A stretch of 64,000 bases of DNA from Azolla caroliniana (Eukaryota > Plantae > Polypodiophyta): the NCBI GenBank assembly GCA_043228905.1, contig JBHGNT010000011.1, positions 21,142,001-21,206,000 of the forward strand, written 5' to 3'. Shown here one piece after another: positions 40,292-49,535 of this stretch (within the stretch, counting starts at the first letter, position 1; every line of letters starts with the position of its first letter). The translations under genes were made by a program, and so were the position numbers. A model generated the notes under the pieces. It did not search any database. It saw nothing but the letters and a program-made list of their open reading frames with translations, and was not told where the DNA came from.

Positions 40292-43156
40292 ATGCTAGCT
40301 TCAGGAGATTTGGATACTATGTGGAAAATGGAAGGAAGATTTGATACCAAACGTGTAGTGGGTTTGCTCAAATCTTGTGTGAAAATGAAACATTTGGAAG
40401 AATTACATGTCAAGATTAGTGAAAGGTGGTCCCTATCGCATATGCATGTTTGCATAGGCAACACTTTGATTGATATGTATGCGAAATGTGGTTCACTTGC
40501 CAAAGCCCAACAAGTGTTTGATGAGCTTCCTACTCAAGATGTAGTTTCGTGGAATGCATTGATATCAGCATATGCTAAGCATGATCATGCAAAAGAAGCA
40601 TTTTTCTATTTCAAGAGAATGAAACACAAGGGTTTCTCCCCAAACGTAGTCACGTACCTGTGTGTTTTGAAAGCTTGTAGTAGCATTGGATCCTTACATG
40701 AATGTAAGAGAGTACATGCTACCATCATCGGAAAATATTTTCTTGCATCAAACCTTATTCTTGGAAATGCTTTGGTTGACATGTATGCAAAGCGTGGTTT
40801 GCTTGCACATGCACAGGAAATGTTTGATAGCCTTCCTTTGCAAGATGTTATCTCATGGAATGCACTAATAACAGGATATACAAGACACGACCTTAATGAG
40901 AGAGCGTTGCATTGCTTTGAACAAATGCAATGCAAAGAAATCTCCCCAAATACAGTCACATTTATATCTATATTAAAAGCTTGTGGTAAACTAAAAGCGA
41001 TTAACACTGGCATGGGAATTCATAAGATTCTCCGGGAAAAGTTGCTACATACAGAAATTGTTGTAGGAAATGCACTGATTGATATGTATGCAAAATGTGG
41101 GTTTCAAATAAGAGCACAAGAAACATTTGATGAGCTTCCCATTAGAGATATCATTTCATGGACTACAACAATTGCAGGGTTTGCTAATCATAAACATCCT
41201 GAAGAAGCACTGAAGCATTTTGAACAGATGCGTGTAGAGGGGGTCCCCCCAAATGCTTTCACGTTTGTTTCTGCATTGAAAGCCTGCAGGTATGGTGGAG
41301 CTATCCACAAGGGGATACGAATTCATGCTGAAATTTCTAGAGAGGGGTTGTTGGAAAAAGATCCTGTTGTTGCCAATGCCCTTGTTGACATGTACGCCAA
41401 TTGTGGACATTTGCACATAGCATTCGAGATACTTGTGAAGCTCCCAGTTAAAGATATACTCTCATGGAATATACTGATTGGAGGATATGGTATGCAGAAT
41501 TGTCCAGAAGAAGTCCTGAGATCTGTTGAAGAGATGCAATGCAGGGGTGTCTCCCCAAATGCTTTTACATTTATTTGCATATTGAGAGCTTGTAGCTCTC
41601 TCCAGGACATAGAGAAGGGAATTGGAACACATGCTGAAATTATTAGAAAGGGGTTATTGGATGGCATTCATGTTCTTGGCAATGCTCTTATTGATATGTA
41701 TTGCAACTGTAGCTCGTTTTCAAAAGCACAAGAGGTTTTTGATAATCTTTTAGTTCGAGATATACGGTCTTGGACTGCATTGATAGAAGGATATGGCAAA
41801 CATGACTTTGCCGAGGAAGTATTATGCTGCACAAGTCAGATGCAACTTGAAGGGATCTTCCCAGATGTGGTTACATTTGTTTGGAGCTTGAAGGCCTGTC
41901 TGAACATGGGAGCATTACGTGAAGGTATTAGAATACACATAGAGATTGCTAGAATGGGGTGGCTGGAATGGGATGTTGTCATAGGTAGCACATTAGTAGA
42001 GATGTATGCTCAATGTTACTCACTCGCAAGAGCACAAGAAGTGTTTGATATGCTTGTAATTCGAGATGTGGTATCATGGAATGCATTGATCACAGCATAT
42101 TGTGAATATGGATATGGTGAAGCAGCATTGAACTGTTATGATCAGATGCGATGTGATGGGGTGACTCCAGATGCTATTACTTTTATCTGCAGTTTGAAAG
42201 CTTGCAGCATAATTGGAGATATAGAGAAGGGTCGTGAAATATATGGGGAAATCTTTCGAGAAGGGCTTTTTTATAAAGATCTTGCCATTGGAAATGCAGT
42301 GGTCACCATGTATGCTGAATGTAGCTTTCTGACAGAAGCGATTGAAGTATTCGACATGCTTCCAGTGCGAGATACCATATCATGGAACTCACTGATTACA
42401 GGATATGCCAACCATGACCGTGGTGAGGATGTGCTGATTTGTTTTAACCACATGCAGCATGAGGGTGTATCTGCAAACATTGTCACATTCATTTATGTCC
42501 TGAAGGCTTGTGGCTCTATTGGTGCTGGAAATCAAGGTAGCGATATACATGCTCAGATTTATAAGAAAGGGTTACTGGTAGGCGACATCATGATTGAAAA
42601 TGCTCTGATATATATGTATGCTAAATGTGGAATGCTAGAAAGAGCTCTTGATGTGCTTGAGAAGCTTCCCATGCGTGACACCATCTCGTGGACCTCACTT
42701 ATTGCTGGCTATACTGACCTAGGAGACAGTGAAATTGTGCTCGAAATCTTTGAGAGAATGATAGGGGAAGGGATAAAACCAGATTCGATCACACTTGTTG
42801 GCATTCTTAATGCTTGTAGTCATGGTGGTCTTGTAGACAAGGCTCAAAGATACTTCAAGATGATGAGCATAGACTATGGCATAAATCCAACTCTTCAGCA
42901 TTACACTTGCATTATTGATCTCTTTGGTCGCGCAGGTCACTTAGACAAAATGTTAATGATGATTGAAGAGATGCCCTTTTACCCTGATATTGTCTTACTG
43001 CAGAGTGTATTAGATGCTTGTAAAAAATGGGGCACTACAGAGCTTGGAAAAATGGTCTTCACAAAAGTAACTCAATTAGTTGAAAAGGATACGTTCGCTT
43101 ATATTCCTGTGTATGGTAATGGTACCCGAATGGAAGTTTATGCAACCAATCATTGA
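40292..43156 (+). CDS. PLS-class pentatricopeptide repeat protein with E domain and no DYW (putative organellar RNA-editing specificity factor)
   Basis: Intronless ORF with about 25 regular S-P-L motifs (GNALVDMYAKCG / VVSWNALI / VTF..LKAC), then L2 (LNACSHGGLVD), S2 (HYTCIIDLFGRAG) and E1 with a truncated E2. First ATG is 40292; 40319 is an alternative start. Confidence 0.95.
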   Translation: MLASGDLDTMWKMEGRFDTKRVVGLLKSCVKMKHLEELHVKISERWSLSHMHVCIGNTLIDMYAKCGSLAKAQQVFDELPTQDVVSWNALISAYAKHDHAKEAFFYFKRMKHKGFSPNVVTYLCVLKACSSIGSLHECKRVHATIIGKYFLASNLILGNALVDMYAKRGLLAHAQEMFDSLPLQDVISWNALITGYTRHDLNERALHCFEQMQCKEISPNTVTFISILKACGKLKAINTGMGIHKILREKLLHTEIVVGNALIDMYAKCGFQIRAQETFDELPIRDIISWTTTIAGFANHKHPEEALKHFEQMRVEGVPPNAFTFVSALKACRYGGAIHKGIRIHAEISREGLLEKDPVVANALVDMYANCGHLHIAFEILVKLPVKDILSWNILIGGYGMQNCPEEVLRSVEEMQCRGVSPNAFTFICILRACSSLQDIEKGIGTHAEIIRKGLLDGIHVLGNALIDMYCNCSSFSKAQEVFDNLLVRDIRSWTALIEGYGKHDFAEEVLCCTSQMQLEGIFPDVVTFVWSLKACLNMGALREGIRIHIEIARMGWLEWDVVIGSTLVEMYAQCYSLARAQEVFDMLVIRDVVSWNALITAYCEYGYGEAALNCYDQMRCDGVTPDAITFICSLKACSIIGDIEKGREIYGEIFREGLFYKDLAIGNAVVTMYAECSFLTEAIEVFDMLPVRDTISWNSLITGYANHDRGEDVLICFNHMQHEGVSANIVTFIYVLKACGSIGAGNQGSDIHAQIYKKGLLVGDIMIENALIYMYAKCGMLERALDVLEKLPMRDTISWTSLIAGYTDLGDSEIVLEIFERMIGEGIKPDSITLVGILNACSHGGLVDKAQRYFKMMSIDYGINPTLQHYTCIIDLFGRAGHLDKMLMMIEEMPFYPDIVLLQSVLDACKKWGTTELGKMVFTKVTQLVEKDTFAYIPVYGNGTRMEVYATNH

Positions 43157-45115
43157 AACTTTATTTTAGCATTGCATTGAAGTGGATGAGCTGCTGTGTA
43201 TTCGATTCACATCTTTACAATTGAATTGATGCCAAAATCAGACTAGATAAAATCATGCTTTTGAGTTGTAGCAAGTCTACATGCTCCTATGTATCATTAT
43301 TATGTACTGCTTCTAGAGTTTTTCAACAATGCAGTGCTCATGACCTCAAAAGAGATTTTCAAAGAAAGGAAGATCTTCTCAGTTTCTATCAGAGAAAAAT
43401 GATGGAGACCAAAACCTAGGTTGCCACATTCATTGATGAAAGAAAGGAAACAATAAGCATGTAACTGAGGAGTGGTGGGTCCCATCGTAAGGATGGAAAA
43501 ATCCATCTTGAATAATATCCTAATATTAGATCACAGCATTGGCCAAGATGGTGAAACAATAGGCATGTGGATGATAAAGCTCAGCCTTTCGATTGAGCAA
43601 CACAACGTATTTTAGCGTTAAGTAATTGTGATTGGAACATTTATCAATATTGATTATGTCTATGCATGCTGTTTGGAACATTTATCAATTTTGCTATCTT
43701 TGATGGGGATTCTAAGCCTGGCCCAACCTTTGAGAGACACTATGGACTCTTTACGCCACGGATGGCCTAAAATCATATGATTTTGGGTTGAACTACCCCA
43801 TCTCATCAAGTTTTATTCCATCTCTAACAACTCACTATCCTCCTTTACCACCTACATTGGTCTACCTTTTCTCTCTCTTTATTATTTGTTCATTGCTGTT
43901 GGTTCATGTATCTTAGTGGCATATCGTCATGTGTGAATCCTAACAATTGAGAAATGATGAAAAAGTGATGTTTTGCTACAAAATCAACACATTCGTTAAT
44001 TAAGCTCACACTCAAAACTCATCCTCCCTCTGCCTCCAAAGACATATAAGGGGGGAATACATATACATATGCAAAAGAACATGTCCTCAATGTTTTTGAA
44101 TTTTGTACATGATGTTATCATTGTGGTTGATTCCTTCTATAAAGAGGAGTAGGTGAATGCATTCATTCACAAATGTGTTCATATGAATGCATTTGGATAC
44201 TAGGGACCTTGTTTTAATATTGCTATTTGTGTTTCTAAGTGGTTCTATAATGATGTCTTTGAGATAGATGTCATCATCCTATTTGTGTGTGTATCCCTTT
44301 TGCTGGCCTTTACGTAAGTCATATAAAAGATAAGGGAAAGTTAAAACTTACCTTTCCACCCTTTTCCAAGGTAGAACATTAAGAGAAACTAGTCAATGGG
44401 AATTGATTCGTGGATAGTGCCATGAATATTGACAACTAGGCATTCTTAGATTGTATGTTATTTGATTCATCTTGTTACATACATATTGAATGATGTGAGC
44501 ATTGTGTCAAAATGAGCAATATAACAGTTTTCTAAGAGGCCAAAAAATGGCTAGTGGGACTTAAACTAGTGAGAGAGGAAAGTAATGGTGTTGAACGACG
44601 ATAATGAGTTAATTTGACTCGAGACTAGGCACACACCTATAATCTTGCTACACGATGTTAAGAAGCAAATGCATATCAAGTTTTCATCAAATGCAATTCT
44701 CTTCTACAACAACGAACCAGTGACCGGGAATAGATGCAAAGATGTTCTATGAAAAATCACTATGTATTAGGCAAAGCAATGCAAAAATTTGACTCATTTG
44801 TATGCATCGATCCAACGCTACTTTACCACAAATACAAAAACAAAAAAGCCTTGTGTAGTCATTCGACAAGCTTCAACCTTAGAGAGACAAAGAGACCCCC
44901 TAGGCCAATCGAGCAATGGTCAAGTGGCTCTATGAATTGGTGACCGAGTGACTTAATGAACTAATGCATGAGCCACCCCCTCCATCCCTACCGGGGTTGA
45001 CATACATACATATTTCAAGAGGAAGTTTTGTAGGTACATATGTACATATGTACATACATGGAGTCAAGTCATGAATAATGATGAGGCCTCCGGGGTTTAA
45101 AATGTACCCAAGACC

Positions 45116-47818
45116 ATGTATTTTCCCACGCGGTTAAGTCTGTTAAAGCAGTCTGCTGTTGTGCGTTCTTGTAGAGAGATTCAAATCAAACCATGGCAGG
45201 TATCCATGCTGCTAAAGTTTGTAAGGATTCATACAGAAATACTGTCCCATTCGCAACATCATCATCAACAGAGAATCAATATCGGATCCAGGCCCCCATC
45301 ATCATATATGCGACAAAACATCCTCCGCACAGAAGGAGACCTGGATGTGGCTATGGAAGCTCTTTCAGATTCAGACCGGGCAGGCATCATTCCTCCTCAC
45401 AATTGTTACCTCTCTATCATAAAAACATGTGCAAAGAAGAAGTCTGTACATCATACCAAGCTTGTATACGACCATATTATTCAACATAAAGTCACCATTT
45501 GTGGTTCTCTTGGTGATCATTTAGTTATGGCATTGGCAAAATGTGGTCTCTTTGATGATGCATGCCATGTATTTTATGGATTATCAGATCCTTCAGTCTT
45601 CTCCTGGACTGCATTGATCTCTGGCTATGTCGATCATGGAAGATCTAATGATGCCTTGCTGTTGTATTATCATGGCATTAGCATGAATGAGAGAATGAAT
45701 GGTGATGGACTACAACCTAACCATTATACCTTTGTTAGCCTTCTTAAGGCTTGTGGAAATTTATCAGACATAGAGAATGGTCACAAGTTGCATGATGACA
45801 TCAAGATGATGGGTTTATTGTCAAATGTATATGTTGTCAATACCCTCGTAAGCATGTATGGAAAATGTGGTGATGTTATCGAAGCTGAGAATGTGTTTGT
45901 TGTTGGGATGCCAAGATTTGATCCTGCATCATGGAATGTTATGCTTTCTGTTTATGTCGAGAGAGGCGAGGATAAGAAATCCTTGTTATTGTATAGACAA
46001 ATGCAAGAAGAAGGAGTAAGTCCTGATGAAAGGACATTTGTAACTGTTCTTCAAGCATGTATTAACCTTAACAAGAATAACGACCTTCGCAATGTCAAAG
46101 AACATGGCAATGAAGATATGGCTTTAGATATAGGCCAAGCTTTGCACAGTGAAGCAAGGAGAAGAGGGTTTTCCTCCCATGTTTTCTTTGTCACTGCTCT
46201 TATATGTATGTATGGCAAGTGTAGACAGGTTCATCAGAGTGAGAACATATTTTCAGAGATGCTTTATCCAGATGTGATAATGTGGAACTCAATACTAACA
46301 GCATATTCTGATTGTGGCTATGGTGTTAAGGCTTTACAAGCATATGTAGAGATGCAAAAGCAAAGGATTTTGCCAGATCAACACACATTTGTGATCTCTC
46401 TTCAGGCCTGTTGTATGCTTGAGGAGAAAGGAAACTGGAACCTTGGCAAATCAAGTCTTCTAGACATTGGAGAGGCACTTTATTTGGATGCTTATAGGCT
46501 TGGTTTTGCATATAATAACTTTATAGACAATACCCTTATCAGTCTATACGGTACATGTGCCAATATCGTGAAAGCAGAGGAGATATTTCAAAGGATGCAT
46601 GATAGAAAGGATGTATCGTGGAATGCTATGATGTCAGCCTATGTGGAACGAGGTGAAGGAGAAAAGGCTTTGCGATTATATAGCCAAATGGAGAAAGAGA
46701 GGACATATCCAAATACAGTAACATATGTAGTTGCATGTCAAGCATGCTGTGCTCTTTTAGATGTGGCCATTTCTTCTTCTGAAGGATGTCTCTGGCAGAT
46801 ATCAGTAGAGATTGGCCGAGCGCTACATATTGATATGAATCCAAAAGGTCTAGTTTCAGATGTTGTTATTGGTAGCATCCTAGTCCACATGTATGGAAAA
46901 TGTGGTCTGATATTGGAAGCAGAGCTGGTGTTCAATGGTTTAACTTACCAAAACGTTGTAACATGGAATGCTATGCTATCAGCATATGTAGAACAAGGCC
47001 AATTAGAAAGTGCCTTGGAATTGTTCCGAAAAATGCTAGAAGAAGGTTTTGCTGTAGATGGTGTCACTCTAGTAGGTGTTTTACAAGCCTCAGGTCTGGC
47101 TTGCCAAGCTGATTCATGTTGGGAGGCACATTTCTTCTTAACATCCACTGATTTTCAACTTACTCCTCTTTTGGCTACTACACTCATTAATGCATATGGC
47201 AACTGTGCTCTGTTATCCGATGCTCAAAGGGTTTTTCATGCACTTGCTCTAGTTGATAATGTTTCATGGAGTGCTACCATCGATGCATTTGTACAAGCAA
47301 GTGAATGTCTAATGAGCCTCCAAACATTTGAAAATATGTGTTCAGCGGGTTTTGAACCCGACAATGTCACTTTCTTTTCTGTTCTTTCAGCATGCTCCCA
47401 TGCTGGCCTAATTGACATTGGTGTCAACTGCTTTGAATCTATGATCAAATACTTTGGCCCAAAACCAGATTTGAAGCATTATGCCATCATGATAGATCTC
47501 TTAGGTAGGGCTGGGGCATTCACTAAGGTAGAGAATTTGCTAGAAAGAATGCCGATACCGCCTAACTTGGAGATTTGGTTAAGCTTATTGGGTGTGTGTC
47601 ACATCCACAAGCATGCCGAGATGGGAAAACATGCTTTCGATAAGGTCATACAGCAATGGCCTAATGAAATTACTCCATATATTTTAATGTCCAATATCTA
47701 TGCTGCTTCGGGGATGATGAAAATCTCTAAAGAACTGGACCTCATTGCTACACAAAGGAACATATGTCAAGATTGCTTTGCTGACTTTTTGGATCAACAT
47801 GTTCATCATTTTCCATAA
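45116..47818 (+). CDS. PLS-E class PPR protein (900 aa) with an N-terminal presequence-like region and no DYW
   Basis: Intronless ORF with a basic, acid-poor N-terminus and P-L-S repeats, then LSACSHAGL, HYAIMIDLLGRAG, IWLSLLGVC and YILMSNIYAASG (E domain). Confidence 0.95.
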   Translation: MYFPTRLSLLKQSAVVRSCREIQIKPWQVSMLLKFVRIHTEILSHSQHHHQQRINIGSRPPSSYMRQNILRTEGDLDVAMEALSDSDRAGIIPPHNCYLSIIKTCAKKKSVHHTKLVYDHIIQHKVTICGSLGDHLVMALAKCGLFDDACHVFYGLSDPSVFSWTALISGYVDHGRSNDALLLYYHGISMNERMNGDGLQPNHYTFVSLLKACGNLSDIENGHKLHDDIKMMGLLSNVYVVNTLVSMYGKCGDVIEAENVFVVGMPRFDPASWNVMLSVYVERGEDKKSLLLYRQMQEEGVSPDERTFVTVLQACINLNKNNDLRNVKEHGNEDMALDIGQALHSEARRRGFSSHVFFVTALICMYGKCRQVHQSENIFSEMLYPDVIMWNSILTAYSDCGYGVKALQAYVEMQKQRILPDQHTFVISLQACCMLEEKGNWNLGKSSLLDIGEALYLDAYRLGFAYNNFIDNTLISLYGTCANIVKAEEIFQRMHDRKDVSWNAMMSAYVERGEGEKALRLYSQMEKERTYPNTVTYVVACQACCALLDVAISSSEGCLWQISVEIGRALHIDMNPKGLVSDVVIGSILVHMYGKCGLILEAELVFNGLTYQNVVTWNAMLSAYVEQGQLESALELFRKMLEEGFAVDGVTLVGVLQASGLACQADSCWEAHFFLTSTDFQLTPLLATTLINAYGNCALLSDAQRVFHALALVDNVSWSATIDAFVQASECLMSLQTFENMCSAGFEPDNVTFFSVLSACSHAGLIDIGVNCFESMIKYFGPKPDLKHYAIMIDLLGRAGAFTKVENLLERMPIPPNLEIWLSLLGVCHIHKHAEMGKHAFDKVIQQWPNEITPYILMSNIYAASGMMKISKELDLIATQRNICQDCFADFLDQHVHHFP

Positions 47819-47951
47819 TCTAGAACAAAGATGATTGAGCAATGCCAAATGAAAATCTCTAGGGAACTGGACCAGATTGCCCCACAAAGGAACATACATC
47901 AAGATCCCACTGCTGGCCTATAGGATTAACTTGGTCATAATTTTCCATAAT
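47717..47951 (+). repeat. Tandem duplicate of the last ~100 bp of the PPR CDS in its 3' flank (132-bp period)
   Basis: ATGAAAATCTCTA..GAACTGGACC..ATTGC..CACAAAGGAACATA...TTTTCCATAAT at 47717 and 47849. Confidence 0.85.
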
Positions 47952-48945
47952 TGAAAACGTTGATGAACTCTTATAAGAGATTTAGCCTGGATGATTTTAT
48001 CAGGTTTCTAACAAGTATGTTTGTTAGAATAATGCCCGAAACCTTGTAGCATTCCTTAAAATTACTGAAATTTGCGGCATTAACAAGGAGAACTATAATG
48101 CTTCGCATATGCTAATGCCAAAAGTTCCAACAATAGGAAATGCAAATAAAACACAAATTGAAAATTGCATCGTTCTTCAAAAGATCACAATGGCAATGCC
48201 AAGAAACTCCAAAAGCTCTCTATTAGAGGATATTTCTCTCGCCTCTGCAACCTAATAAAATGGGACCTCCTGTCATGGTAATTCCTAAAGCTTTTGGATA
48301 CTCAGTAAAGCGCGAGGATAGATTTGGTGGAGTTCTTTTGTTGCCATTGCTCTCCAATTTTGTCTTCATGTACTTTCACTTGATAACTCTAGAGGAAATA
48401 AATAGTTCTTCACCATGTTTGATTTGATATTGGAACCTTGCTAATAGTTACCTTTTGAATGTTCTTCACATAATGATGTCTCATCTTTCTTTCAATTCAA
48501 AAGTTAATGCTTGAGAAATAATGCTTATTGACTTCATTTATTTATTTACACTGTGACAATCAAGAAGATCTAATTTCATGTAAAGATTTTGACACTTGAG
48601 ACAAGAAAGTGAAAATAAAAAGTATAATACACTCCACTAATGAAGGTAACCAGGAGAGAAAGACAACAATTAAAAAAAAAAAGTGATGCAAATTGATCTA
48701 AACGGTCATGAAATAGGTAATACTTAACCCGGTGTGACATCAAACTCATGATGATAACTCACTAGCATTTACGAACAATGTAAAAATGTGTGACTAACAT
48801 GCCAAACATTTCTAACAAATTTAGTAACTTTTAACCATTGTGACACACTTAAATCTCAAAATAGCTTAATATTGATACATAATCCATGTAGAACAATCGA
48901 ATGAGCCACAATTGGCATCTCCGTGATCATACGTTTTTGCAACCC

Positions 48946-49122
48946 ACTTACCGAACATGCAAGATGCAAACTCAAGACCCGATGCGTGACCATTATTAAG
49001 GCTGATGTGAATGTCGTTCTATTAATCTCGATACTTACTGAACAGGCAAGATGCAAACTCAAGACCTGATGTGTGACCATTATTAAGGCTGATGTTAATG
49101 TCGTTCTATTAATCTCGATACT
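48946..49122. repeat. 2-copy tandem duplication, 87-bp period, upstream of the LecRK
   Basis: ACTTAC.GAACA.GCAAGATGCAAACTCAAGACC...ATTAATCTCGATACT at 48946 and 49033. Confidence 0.92.
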
Positions 49123-49535
49123 CTTGGATGGCTCAAAATAACCAAAGATTTAAAGAAATCCCCACAGTTCACGTTAGAAGCAAAGAGTTAAACATAAACA
49201 GATTCGTTGACGTGGCCACCTATTATACCCGTGATTAAACACTAGTGTGATAAAATCATAGAAAAAGAAGATCAGATACATCAATCAATAGTTGTTTTTA
49301 TTGATCCAAAGGGTAAGAGAAACCTGAAAGTATTTTTTTCCCCTCTTTTAGTCTTAATGTTTTTAATGGGTTTTCAATGAAGTGGAGAGTAACATCTGGC
49401 TCTTTCCTTCTGACTAAAGGAATTAGAAACTTTGATTTTTCAAACGTAGAATCCATGGCGCGGTTAATATTAAGCTACACACACATACATATTCATTATT
49501 ATGTAGAGATTGCACAATACACATCTCTGAGTTGT

